Source: an uncultured Patescibacteria group bacterium
GTDB lineage: Bacteria > Patescibacteriota > Patescibacteriia > Veblenbacterales > UBA10138
Direction of reading: 5' to 3'
NCBI GenBank assembly: GCA_937929825.1
Contig: CALFUV010000004.1
Span: 1,042 to 65,041, forward strand
Length of the DNA stretch: 64,000 nucleotides
Shown here piece by piece: positions 39,341-53,792 of this stretch (the stretch's first letter is position 1; each line of letters begins with the position of its first letter). The notes below the pieces were generated by a model. The model made no database searches. It worked only from the letters and a program-made list of their open reading frames with translations, and was not told the DNA's origin. Both the position numbers and the translations under genes were made by a program.

Positions 39341-40819
39341 TTACTCTTTACAAATTTGAGATGTTACTTTTTCAAAGTGTAATCCCATAATAGCTAATTC
39401 TATGGCCACGGGAACTGCTTTTATTTTTGTAAAGAAAGTTTTTATCAATAACCACCAATAAAGCCAACGCTTTTGAGAAATTACGCCTATATACCAAGAA
39501 CTCTTAATCACAGCTATAATTTCGCTGGTCTTAATCCGATTTTTAACTGTCGGCTGATAATTTTTTATAAAAGTCCAGATGCGCTGATAATAATTCTTGG
39601 CAGAATAAATGGTGTCTAAAATCATCTTATAGCCGGCAATAAGCTGTTCTTTGTCCATCTGGGGTTTAAAATTCAGCTTGGCGCTAGTATTATTGCCGCT
39701 TGAATCTTCAAGCAATCTTCCTTCATTTTTAAGCCTATTCCATAAATCAGTGCCCGGAACAGCCTGAAGCAAACCAACCATGGCATTTACTATGCCCGTA
39801 CTTTGAATATAATTGATAAGTTGATCAAAGACTGAAGGCGGATCATTATCCAAACCCACAATAAATCCGCCAAAAACCTGCATGCCATGACTTTGAACTT
39901 TTTTTACTACTGCCACTAAATCCCTTTTAGCATTTTGATCTTTATGACAGCCCAACAAGCTCTCTTTATTTACAGTTTCAATTCCCAAAAAAACTTTGGA
40001 AAAATTAGCCTGCTGCATTAGCAATATAAGATCATCATCATCAGCCAAATCAACACTAGCCTCAGTGGTTAACTGGAACGGATAATTACGCTGACGTTGC
40101 CAGATTATAAATTCCTTAAGAAATTTTTTGACATGCAATTTATTGCCGATGAAATTATCATCTACTAAGAAAATCGTGCCGCGATAACCGCGTATATAAA
40201 GAGAATTGAATTCAGCTATCATCTGCTCTGTTTTTTTAACTCTGGGCACACGCCCAAACATACCAGTAATATCGCAAAAATCGCAATTCCACGGACAGCC
40301 ACGGGAATACTGCAATAACATAAAAGCATAATCGCGAAAATCAATTAACTCCCACATCGGCAGAGGCGTTTTTGTTAACGCCGGCTTTTCTATTGAACTG
40401 TATTCTGGTTGCGGAGTACCAGCAGCAAGATCTGCTAAAAAAGGCGCCAGAGTAACCTCAGCCTCACCTTTAATAAAATGATCCACATTGGTAAATAAGT
40501 GTGACATATTATTAAATACTGGTCCCCCAGCTACCACTTTTTTGCCAGCTGCTTTAGAGCGATTTATAACTTCCTGAGCGCTTTTACTTTGCACCAGCAT
40601 GGCGCTAACAAAAACCATATCAGCCCAAGCAATCTGCTCATCAAGCAATGGCCTAACATTTAAATCAACCAACTGTTTACTCCATTCCTTAGGCAAAATT
40701 GACGCTACTGTCAAAAGACCCAAAGGAGGCATACTAGCCTTACGGCCAATGAATTTTAGGGCAGTTTTAAATGCCCAAAACGCGTCCGGGTATTCCGGAT
40801 AAACCATTAATACTTTCAT
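39341..40819 (-). CDS. Cobalamin-binding radical SAM protein (HpnP-like, DUF4070)
   Basis: PPLGLLTVA B12-binding N-terminus, SRGCPWNCDFC, FLVDDNFIGN, GFIVGLDND, PGT.LW.RL. Confidence 0.9.
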   Translation of the reverse strand: MKVLMVYPEYPDAFWAFKTALKFIGRKASMPPLGLLTVASILPKEWSKQLVDLNVRPLLDEQIAWADMVFVSAMLVQSKSAQEVINRSKAAGKKVVAGGPVFNNMSHLFTNVDHFIKGEAEVTLAPFLADLAAGTPQPEYSSIEKPALTKTPLPMWELIDFRDYAFMLLQYSRGCPWNCDFCDITGMFGRVPRVKKTEQMIAEFNSLYIRGYRGTIFLVDDNFIGNKLHVKKFLKEFIIWQRQRNYPFQLTTEASVDLADDDDLILLMQQANFSKVFLGIETVNKESLLGCHKDQNAKRDLVAVVKKVQSHGMQVFGGFIVGLDNDPPSVFDQLINYIQSTGIVNAMVGLLQAVPGTDLWNRLKNEGRLLEDSSGNNTSAKLNFKPQMDKEQLIAGYKMILDTIYSAKNYYQRIWTFIKNYQPTVKNRIKTSEIIAVIKSSWYIGVISQKRWLYWWLLIKTFFTKIKAVPVAIELAIMGLHFEKVTSQICKE

Positions 40820-41269
40820 TTTTTCTCCTATTATTTATTTTTTAAAGAATTATTTTATTTACTTTTAATAATTCTGATTATATACCAACTCTATAATAAC
40901 CACCAAAATTATTTCATGGCACCTGATTTTATAGAGCAGAAAATAAATTGTTTTGGTTATGTTATAAAATATCCAAAAACAAACTCACAACCAAAAAATA
41001 AAACTTCAAAAATCAAATAAAGTCTAATAAAAATTATCCTTATACTCTGTCTCCCTAAAATACAAAAAAGTAATCTCTTAAGTGCTCTTTACTTATTTTT
41101 TAAATTATGTTATAATATATAAACATAATTTTAATAATTTAATAAGCAAATAGCTGTTGTTTAAATTTAAATCACTTATAAACCACTTAAAACCTTCTTT
41201 TTTTAAAATAAACCAAATATACTATACTTTTACTTTTATAAATTATCTTTTTTAACTTGCTATATATTT

Positions 41270-44053
41270 ATGATGGAGAAGCCTCAAATACCAAGATTTC
41301 AAGAAAGAAAAGAAAAAAGAGAGGAATTAAAAGAATTCCTGCCTGCTGATCTCCAGCTTATTTACGGGACAGATGTAAAGCCCTCAAAATGGCATTTTGG
41401 GGGTGAGTTGCTAAAAAGAAGGCAGTCTGAAGAAACAGCTGATAAGCTATTTTTTAAAGCTCTTGATGAGTATAACAATAACAAAACAATAGAAACCAAC
41501 CTTTTTTCTGAAGTGTTAAAAGACAAACAAGAAACAGCCCAGTTGATGATTTATGATTGCCAACTGCAAACTGGTTTAAAAGAATTAGCAGATAATCATG
41601 AGTGGGACGACTACGCCTATCTTTTGATTAAAATGTCTGACCTGGGGAAGGTGAATTTTAATAATCCTCAATACAAAAGAATAAATGAATATATCAAAGG
41701 CCAGCCTGAAGAAGATGGCGCTTTTCTTTTGTACAACATTTCTGCCAACCTTGTTTTAGACAAAGATCTTTTAAAATATCAAAAAGACCAGTATCATCCC
41801 TGGCAGGCTTTGCGGCAAACCAGCCTAGAAATAAACAAAGAGCAAACAGAAAACAAACAGGTGAAAAATCCGGAAAAGTGGTGGCAGGAAAACAGCTATT
41901 TCTTGGGCCGTTTTCTGGCGCTTGGCAATTTAGCCATAGCCCTTGTTAAGGAAAAGTTGCCAGATGGCATTCCTTATCTTGAAGGAATGAAAAGAGTATA
42001 CAAGGAAGCTATAGAAAACAACCAGTCTTTGGCGCTTATTTACAAAACCATTGCTGACAATAAATTAAGCTATCCTCATGAACTGGGGACTTTTGTTGAA
42101 ATCACCAGCGCTTTCACAAAAGCCAATAAACTGGATATTTTAGCCCAAGTGGTGGAAACAACAGAAGCCGGCAAAATAAATGAAACTGCCTCCCGCGAAC
42201 TTTTAAAAATCACTGTTCAGGAGCTGGGCATTTCTCCGGAAAAGATAGCAGACTCAGACCTTAAAAAATGGAAAGCGGACTATCTCCCCAACCTTATTTC
42301 CAACGACGTGATAATGCAGGGGTTAATAAAAGATGGAGATAAGGGCTATGAAAACGCCCGGGAGCTATACCGCGAACTTTTAAAGTCTGTGTTTGAAGGC
42401 AGGTTTGATGATTTCCTAACCAATGAACATCAAGCCGGCGAAGTGGGCCGAGATGTTGCCCGCCACAACGCCCAAATCAAACAAACATATGAAAAACTGG
42501 GCATTCCTTGGGATAAATGGCTTAATTATGATAAAACCCAAGATTTTATTGTTTCCACAGAAATTAAGGTTAATGCCCGAGAAAGAAACCAAAAGCTTTT
42601 GGCTGAAAGAGCCGGAGCGGTTTTGAGGGCTCTAAAACCGCTTGAGGCTAAACTGACTGAAAGAGAATACCAGCCTCTTATTCATATTCTTTCCGGAACA
42701 AACAAGAAAAAGGATTTAAGTCAGGTTAAGGGCGAGGAACTTAAAACTTTGCTGGCAAATTTGGAAGAACGCCTGCAAAACCTTTGCTCTAAACAAGAAT
42801 ACCAGGATTGGGCTGAATGGAACCATATCTTTGAACACATGGGACATTTGCGAGAAGCAGTGGAAACGGTTTTGAAAACAGGAGAAAGCCTAAGCGAAAC
42901 AAGAGAAAAAGGTTTTCGCATCAAACTTTGGGATCGTGATCCGCGCAAGGATTTCTTCCAAGGCAACTATACTCACTGCTGTATTGCTGTGGGGGTTAAA
43001 AACACCCCGCCTGAGGGGGGTCTGACTACTCATGACCCAAGCACAATCATGCATTATCTGGCTGATCAGGGTATTCAGGTGGCAGAAATTCTTGACGAGA
43101 ATGAAAGAGATCCCATTGGCAATACCTGGCTTTTTGTTTCCCAAAACGAACTGGGAGAACCGATTTTAATCGCTGATAATGTTGAAATTAACAAAAGATA
43201 TAAAGATGTTCACGTCAATAACGCTATTCGCGACAATCTTCTGAAGTTTCTTGAAAATTACGCCAGGGAAACCAATATGGCTGGGGCTTATCTTGGCAAA
43301 GTGTCAACTAACGATATTGATGACGATAACCTGGGAACTAAAAAACTGCCGCCAGTGGACAAAGTGGGCGGGTATCTGGCTGAATACACTTCACATAGAA
43401 TCAGGCCGGGACGTTATTATTTGGAAACCTATAATCACCAAGAGTTGGCGGTTATCTGGGATGGCCAAGAAAACAGGCATCTTCAAAAAGAAAAAAGCGA
43501 GAAGAATAAAAACGGCTTTGTGATTATCTCTGATTTGGATGGCCTAACCAGAGCTGAACCCCTTACCCCAGAAACAATCCGCGCCGCCCAGCAAAGCGGC
43601 AGAATAGCCGGGCTGGATATATCTCAAATCAGACAATCAATAGAAGAGATTGAAAACAAATCGTTTGAAGGCGCTGCCCGCCAGTCTACAGACGAGATTT
43701 GGGAAACAATTCAAAATCCCAGAGGCCTTCAAATGATAGTCAGGAAAGAAGGCCGGATTGTGGGATACCTCTCTTCCCGACCAGCTGATACTTTCCTGCC
43801 CCCGGTCAGCCATGCTGAATACGACTCCTCACCTGAGGTTCTTTATATTGAATCCATTGCCGGCAACTTTGACCCATTTGAAACAATCAGGATTATTAAG
43901 GAAAAAGCCCAAGAAGCCGGTTACAAGAAAATAGCCCTTCACGGCATAAACCAGCAGTTAAACAAAGCTCTGGCCAGATTTGGTTTTAAAACCAAAGCAA
44001 CAGTTAAAAACTGGCTTGGCGCTACAGCAGCCTATATGGAAATGGAGTTGTAG
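41270..44053 (+). CDS. Large hypothetical protein (927 aa), helical N-terminus, GNxTxCC motif, GNAT-like C-terminal domain(s)
   Basis: Long ORF; WDRDP..D.FQGNYTHCCI; C-terminal IENKSF, GRIVGY, LYIESIAG, RFGFK. Confidence 0.75.
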   Translation: MMEKPQIPRFQERKEKREELKEFLPADLQLIYGTDVKPSKWHFGGELLKRRQSEETADKLFFKALDEYNNNKTIETNLFSEVLKDKQETAQLMIYDCQLQTGLKELADNHEWDDYAYLLIKMSDLGKVNFNNPQYKRINEYIKGQPEEDGAFLLYNISANLVLDKDLLKYQKDQYHPWQALRQTSLEINKEQTENKQVKNPEKWWQENSYFLGRFLALGNLAIALVKEKLPDGIPYLEGMKRVYKEAIENNQSLALIYKTIADNKLSYPHELGTFVEITSAFTKANKLDILAQVVETTEAGKINETASRELLKITVQELGISPEKIADSDLKKWKADYLPNLISNDVIMQGLIKDGDKGYENARELYRELLKSVFEGRFDDFLTNEHQAGEVGRDVARHNAQIKQTYEKLGIPWDKWLNYDKTQDFIVSTEIKVNARERNQKLLAERAGAVLRALKPLEAKLTEREYQPLIHILSGTNKKKDLSQVKGEELKTLLANLEERLQNLCSKQEYQDWAEWNHIFEHMGHLREAVETVLKTGESLSETREKGFRIKLWDRDPRKDFFQGNYTHCCIAVGVKNTPPEGGLTTHDPSTIMHYLADQGIQVAEILDENERDPIGNTWLFVSQNELGEPILIADNVEINKRYKDVHVNNAIRDNLLKFLENYARETNMAGAYLGKVSTNDIDDDNLGTKKLPPVDKVGGYLAEYTSHRIRPGRYYLETYNHQELAVIWDGQENRHLQKEKSEKNKNGFVIISDLDGLTRAEPLTPETIRAAQQSGRIAGLDISQIRQSIEEIENKSFEGAARQSTDEIWETIQNPRGLQMIVRKEGRIVGYLSSRPADTFLPPVSHAEYDSSPEVLYIESIAGNFDPFETIRIIKEKAQEAGYKKIALHGINQQLNKALARFGFKTKATVKNWLGATAAYMEMEL

Positions 44054-44084
44054 ATAAGACAACCGCGCTTGTTTAAAATAAACT

Positions 44085-48396
<4,312 letters not shown>

Positions 48397-48399
48397 AAA

Positions 48400-49422
48400 C
48401 TAAAACTGTTCCAAAAATCTTAAATCACCAGACAACAACAATCTAATATCATCAATTTTATATCGCATCATAACAAGCCGCGATAAACCAAGACCAAAAG
48501 CAAAGCCGCTGTATTCTTTTGGATTAAGACCACCAAATTCCAATACGCGAGGATGAACTAATCCACAACCAATAAGCTCGATCCAACCGCTTTGTTTACA
48601 AGACCGACATCCTAAACCATTACAAACCAAACACTTCATATCTAATTCAAAACCCGGCTCCACAAACGGAAAATATCCCGGCCTTAAACGCACCTCCACT
48701 TCACGCTGAAAAATACCAGAAAGAAAAACTTTCATGGTCCCAATTAAATTAGCTATGGATATATCTTTATCAACTACCAAGCCTTCCAGCTGCCAAAAAG
48801 TATGATCATGTGAAGCGTCGGTAGCTTCATAACGAAACACCCGCCCAGGCACCACTGCCCGTAAAGGTGCGCCATATTTCTCCAACGCTCTCACTTGCAT
48901 AGCTGAGGTGTGAGTACGTAATAACCAGCGGTTATCTGGTTTACCTCCCTTAATATAAAAAGTATCTTGCATATCACGTGCTGGATGCCAAATTGGAATA
49001 TTCAAACTTTCAAAATTATAATACTCACTTTCCAACTCAGGACCGTCTAATACCATAAAACCCATCGAACGAAACAAGTCTTCTAATTCTCTCTGTACCC
49101 TCATTAACGGATGCAAGTGACCGATTGGCGGTTTAATACCCGGTAAAGTAAAATCAATTCCTTGTGATTTTCTATCACCAATAGTTTTAGATACTCTCAA
49201 AAAAGCGATTTCTAACTCACGCTTAACTTGATTAACTAATTTACCCAACTGCGGCCTTTCTTCCTTTGCTACTTGTTTTAATAAAGCCATAATAGAGGCC
49301 AATTCGCCCTTACGACCAAGATATTTGATTCGTAATGCCATTAAACTGTCTTGATCTTTTATTTGTTTCAAGTCAGTTAATGCTTTACCGCGAAGTTTGT
49401 CTAATTCTTGGTGTAAAGACAT
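48400..49422 (-). CDS. pheS: Phenylalanine--tRNA ligase alpha subunit
   Basis: HPARDMQDTF, LRTHTS, YFPFVEP, GFAFGLG. Confidence 0.98.
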   Translation of the reverse strand: MSLHQELDKLRGKALTDLKQIKDQDSLMALRIKYLGRKGELASIMALLKQVAKEERPQLGKLVNQVKRELEIAFLRVSKTIGDRKSQGIDFTLPGIKPPIGHLHPLMRVQRELEDLFRSMGFMVLDGPELESEYYNFESLNIPIWHPARDMQDTFYIKGGKPDNRWLLRTHTSAMQVRALEKYGAPLRAVVPGRVFRYEATDASHDHTFWQLEGLVVDKDISIANLIGTMKVFLSGIFQREVEVRLRPGYFPFVEPGFELDMKCLVCNGLGCRSCKQSGWIELIGCGLVHPRVLEFGGLNPKEYSGFAFGLGLSRLVMMRYKIDDIRLLLSGDLRFLEQF

Positions 49423-49425
49423 AAA

Positions 49426-49815
49426 TTAAACAGCCGGTGGTATTCGCCTAACGGATAACCAAAAAAATTCCAACAAAGTAAGTCCAACTACCAATAAAGA
49501 AAGATTCCACCATGTCAATAAATTATTAGCCTGCAGCCACAAAGAAATAACAACCGCTAAAGACAATAATATTCCTTGACGAAAAGATATAGAAACATGG
49601 CGAAAAAGAATATCATCGCGATGTCGCCAGTACCTCCAACCAAATCCCAATAAAGTAATAGTTCCAGCTAAACTAAGGAATAAGGAAGCATAAAAGAAAA
49701 TAAGTCCTGTTTGGCCTGTTGTTTCAGGATTTAAATATGTTAATACCAAAAAAAATCCCAACCAAGCTATTAAGGTACCAATAGCAAACCAGACAAGATA
49801 TTGTCGAAGTGTCAT
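49426..49815 (-). CDS. Four-TM hypothetical membrane protein
   Basis: Hydrophobic helices; SFRQG motif; 3 bp before pheS. Confidence 0.75.
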   Translation of the reverse strand: MTLRQYLVWFAIGTLIAWLGFFLVLTYLNPETTGQTGLIFFYASLFLSLAGTITLLGFGWRYWRHRDDILFRHVSISFRQGILLSLAVVISLWLQANNLLTWWNLSLLVVGLTLLEFFWLSVRRIPPAV

Positions 49816-49931
49816 AATTTGGCTAAAACAAAAGAAAAAATAACAAGTTTAATACCTTTTTATTTTAGCAAATTTTACTATAAAAGACAAGCTATAAAAT
49901 GTTTTCATTAAACTTTTAAAAATCGCTTAAG

Positions 49932-50222
49932 TTAGCCAAAAATTTCCAATCTATAATTTCCTTTTGGTAAACGAGTTTCAAGTTCCTGCAAAATTTCCAG
50001 TTGTCTTAGTCTTAACTCAGATGCTAATTGCGGGGAACCAGCACTAACCCGTAAAATATTATCACGCCAAGATACTTGCCTTAATGTTTGATAAGCTTTC
50101 GTCCCCAAACGTTCTTTAATAATATCCCGAAAAATTTGAGTTACTTGAGCGGCTTCTACTGCCTGTTGTATACCTTTTTGTTGTAAACTTTGCTTGAGTA
50201 TTGATCTTAATTCATGAAACAT
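49932..50222 (-). CDS. dciA: DciA/DUF721 family protein
   Basis: Size and pattern L.VSAGSPQLASELRL....IL..L. Confidence 0.7.
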   Translation of the reverse strand: MFHELRSILKQSLQQKGIQQAVEAAQVTQIFRDIIKERLGTKAYQTLRQVSWRDNILRVSAGSPQLASELRLRQLEILQELETRLPKGNYRLEIFG

Positions 50223-50223
50223 A

Positions 50224-53200
50224 TTATTTCAAACCTAACTGACGATAACGACAATCATGTTTAGGAGCTTCTTCGTCAGCCAATAAAAACGAATCGTTAA
50301 TCGCTGCTTGTACAATATTTTCTATTATTGACAGATACTCAATCTTAAGTTGTTCTTTCTCCTGACTATTTGCCAAAAAATCAGGTGAAAATTTATTCGG
50401 TTGTAAATACCAATAACGAGCTCCTTTAACTTTCTCATGAAAAAATTCCTCAGCCGCTAATTGATAAATAATAAGCTGATCGCGATCAACTTTAGCTAAA
50501 CCTTTAGCCGGTTCGCTGCCTGTTTTGTAATCAATTATAAAAACCCCGTCCGTACTTTCATCTATTCGATCAACTTTGCCGACAAACTTATACCGGCCAA
50601 AAGCAATCTTAAAAAATGCCTCCAAATATTTGGGTCGTGGCGGATGAGCTATTATTTCTTCAAAAAAATTATGCAATTGTTCTGGCCCCCGCTTTTCTTT
50701 ATACTCCTTTTTTTGTTCGACTGACTCATACCAATCATCAATCCACACTTGATTAAATATTTTTTGTAAATCTGATAAAGATGGTGGCTGGCCAACTGAT
50801 CCACGACTGCTAAATAATTCTCCCTGCACAATATTAATCTGCTGTTGCCAACGTCGTAAATACAACTCCAAGGTTTTGTGTATAGTGGAACCAAAACTCA
50901 AACTAGCAGAGCCAGGTTCTGGTAATTTAAGTAAATAACGATACTTATATTCCAACGGACATTTCTTAAAAGCTGAAACTGAACTAAAAGAAAAACTATC
51001 AGGTGGTTTATACCCGGCGCGAAAAGCTGTAGGCACATAAAATGACCGTAAAATCTTGGTTGATGAACTTTTAATATCTTCTTCTCCTACTAAACCAAGT
51101 TCAAATAAAAAACGTGAAGGTTTTTTGGTTGTTTTACCGTAATAATCCATAGCCCGGGTTAAAAAAACACCGTCACAGGCTCGAGTTAAAGCAACGTAAA
51201 AAAGCCGCCTTTCTTCCTGCAAATGAACATCACCTTCTGGCAGAGTTTCCTTAATTAGTTCACGCGGTAATTCTATAGCTTCTCTACGCTCTAATGACGG
51301 AAATCTTTTATCTACTAACTGAACTATAAAAACATAAGTCCACTCTAATCCCTTAGCCGAATGAATGGTGACAACTTTAATTGTCTCTGGGCCTACTTCA
51401 GTTTCTGGTGGTAATTCTCCTTCTTCTCCTGATTCCAATTCCAAAGCTAAATAACGCATAAAACCGGCTAAAGTACGATCACCTGTATCTGCTTCATAAC
51501 GTTGCAAGTGTTGATAAAAAGCTGTTAAAAATTCCGCCTCGCGTGAAGCAGCTGGGTGCTGCAAGCGTTCATTAATAGCTAAATCTTCCACCACCATCAC
51601 ATAAAGCTCACTCATACTCCGCTGACGGGCCGTTAAAGTATGTTTATCCACTAAATGCAGAAATTTGTCTATTTTAACCAAACTATCCCGACTTAAATCA
51701 AAAGAAGATGCTCTTTTTAATGCTTCGTATAGTGAAATGGTATTTTTATTAGCGTTAAAAGATAATTTAGCTAAATCTTCCTGCGCTAAAAAAAATGGCT
51801 CATGAGATAAAACATGATAAAGAGCGGCGGATTCGTGATAATTATCTAGTAGTTTAAAATAATTAACCAAGAAAACTATAATATCTTCCTGATACAGACC
51901 TCGGTTAGCCACATAAGTATGCGGCAGACGAGCCTGGCGTAAGGCTTGCAAAAAAGGTACGGCTTGAGAATTAGCTCTGACTAAAATAGCAAAATCACTC
52001 CAATCAAGTTTTTTTTCCTGTTTAAGCAACATAATTTTATCTACTACACCTCTGGCTTCAGACTGAACATCATTAAATACTAAATGATCCACTATCCCCT
52101 GCCCTGAGCGATGACTAATTAATTTTTTAGACAGTGATTTTCCTTTACTGGCCAATTTAACCTCTAAACGATAGGGGTTATTTAGTTGAATAAATTCATA
52201 AGCCGTATCCAAAATATTCTGATAACTGCGGTAGTTGACGGTTAAAAAAACTTCACGGGCGTCAGGATAATCTTTTTTAAATTCTAAAATATTGGAAATA
52301 GAAGCTCCTCTGAACTTATAAATTGACTGATCATCATCTCCAACCACAGTAATATTATTAGCTGGCCGAGCCAAAAGTTTTAACATTTCATATTGAGCGT
52401 GATTGGTGTCTTGAAATTCGTCCACTAAAATATATTTGAACTTTTGCTGAAAATATTTTAAAGCACGGGGACGGGTTTGAAAAAGTCTCAAAGTATAATT
52501 TATTAGATCGCCAAAATCAAGGGCTCCAGCCTCATGTAAAAGTTTTTGATAAACAGCGTAAGCTTCTGCCACTTCAATTAGACGTGATATTTCGCTTTCT
52601 TCTGATTGTAAATCAAATAAATCCGAGGTTTTATTTTTCTTAACTTTTCTTTTATTAATTTTATTTTTTGATTTATGTAAATACTCGCCAGCACCGCTAT
52701 CCAATCTCTTTGACTCCACAAATTTTAAATACTCTTCCGGATAAACAGCTTCGTCTTTAGCACGCGAAAAATGAGTAAGCAAAGCATGAATAAATTTAGT
52801 AGGATTACCAAGCGGTTTGTAATAATCAAGTTTAAAATTACTTAAATTATTACGCACTAGCATCCATTGCTCGGCTGTGGTTAATACACGAAAATTATTG
52901 GGTAAACCTATTTCCACAGCCCAATCCTGCAATACTTTTTCGCCAAAACTATGAAAAGTTGACACCCAAACATTAACAAAACCCATTGGCAGTAATCTAT
53001 CTACCCTCTCTTCCATTTCAACTGCAGCCTTATCAGTAAAAGTTAAGGCTAAAATCTCTTCGGGCTTAGCTAAGCCCTGATCAATAAGCCAAGCAATGCG
53101 CCGGGTAACAACTGTTGTTTTCCCGGTACCCGCACCAGCCACTATTAAAAGAGGGCCTGAGGTATGAGTAACCGCTGTTAATTGATCTTTATTTAAATCC

Positions 53201-53247
53201 TTTAATACGTTATTTTCTTTAATCAAAGCCATAATACTGTCTATCAT
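50224..53247 (-). CDS. UvrD/PcrA-type helicase fused to a C-terminal PD-(D/E)XK nuclease
   Basis: AGAGTGKT, VDEFQD, GDDDQSIYKFRGA, TIHSAKGLE, EERRLFYVALTRA; SFSSV..F.KCP, GKVDRID, IIDYKTG, QL.IY; start may be 53232. Confidence 0.93.
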   Translation of the reverse strand: MIDSIMALIKENNVLKDLNKDQLTAVTHTSGPLLIVAGAGTGKTTVVTRRIAWLIDQGLAKPEEILALTFTDKAAVEMEERVDRLLPMGFVNVWVSTFHSFGEKVLQDWAVEIGLPNNFRVLTTAEQWMLVRNNLSNFKLDYYKPLGNPTKFIHALLTHFSRAKDEAVYPEEYLKFVESKRLDSGAGEYLHKSKNKINKRKVKKNKTSDLFDLQSEESEISRLIEVAEAYAVYQKLLHEAGALDFGDLINYTLRLFQTRPRALKYFQQKFKYILVDEFQDTNHAQYEMLKLLARPANNITVVGDDDQSIYKFRGASISNILEFKKDYPDAREVFLTVNYRSYQNILDTAYEFIQLNNPYRLEVKLASKGKSLSKKLISHRSGQGIVDHLVFNDVQSEARGVVDKIMLLKQEKKLDWSDFAILVRANSQAVPFLQALRQARLPHTYVANRGLYQEDIIVFLVNYFKLLDNYHESAALYHVLSHEPFFLAQEDLAKLSFNANKNTISLYEALKRASSFDLSRDSLVKIDKFLHLVDKHTLTARQRSMSELYVMVVEDLAINERLQHPAASREAEFLTAFYQHLQRYEADTGDRTLAGFMRYLALELESGEEGELPPETEVGPETIKVVTIHSAKGLEWTYVFIVQLVDKRFPSLERREAIELPRELIKETLPEGDVHLQEERRLFYVALTRACDGVFLTRAMDYYGKTTKKPSRFLFELGLVGEEDIKSSSTKILRSFYVPTAFRAGYKPPDSFSFSSVSAFKKCPLEYKYRYLLKLPEPGSASLSFGSTIHKTLELYLRRWQQQINIVQGELFSSRGSVGQPPSLSDLQKIFNQVWIDDWYESVEQKKEYKEKRGPEQLHNFFEEIIAHPPRPKYLEAFFKIAFGRYKFVGKVDRIDESTDGVFIIDYKTGSEPAKGLAKVDRDQLIIYQLAAEEFFHEKVKGARYWYLQPNKFSPDFLANSQEKEQLKIEYLSIIENIVQAAINDSFLLADEEAPKHDCRYRQLGLK

Positions 53248-53310
53248 TAGTGTAGCATTTTAGAATAAATAAAAAAACGCCTGGTTTTACTGTGCCCAGA
53301 CGTTTATATA

Positions 53311-53755
53311 TTAAATTCTCACCAGATAAACAGACCAATGCTGGTCTTGATATATCAAATGAGCTAAATAAGTTGATAATTCAATATTAGGGTATCTCGT
53401 CTTTATCAACTCAGCTGCTTTTCGTAGCTCATTATAATGAAAACTATGCTCTTCATCAGAGTTTTTAAATTTTTGACTACCACCATAAGCTCCGCAGTCA
53501 GTATGATTGATAAGAACTATTTTAGAAACATGGTTGAAGTTTATCAGCAATGTCCAACTGACGGAGAGTAAAAGCGATATTGCTTTCTTCTTGAGTTGAA
53601 GCTAAATTTTTAACTCCTCCACCTATTACAACCCTATCGAAGCAGGAGGAATCAACCACTTTATCTTTAATAAGAAGTTCATCAATATTTGCTCCTCCCG
53701 GCCCTAAACGCCAGTCTATGCAGTAAAGTAAACAGGTTTTACAATCGTGTAACAT
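53311..53755 (-). pseudogene. Beta-class-like carbonic anhydrase split by a single-base frameshift
   Basis: CIDWR in the 5' ORF and NHTDCGAYGG in the 3' ORF; frames join at ~53535. Confidence 0.8.
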
Positions 53756-53792
53756 TTTTATTTCCTTTTTTGTTTATGTTTATAATTATAAT

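Noticed and set aside
50224-51010. Cas4 gene
   Set aside because: It is the C-terminal nuclease domain of a UvrD fusion, with no CRISPR context
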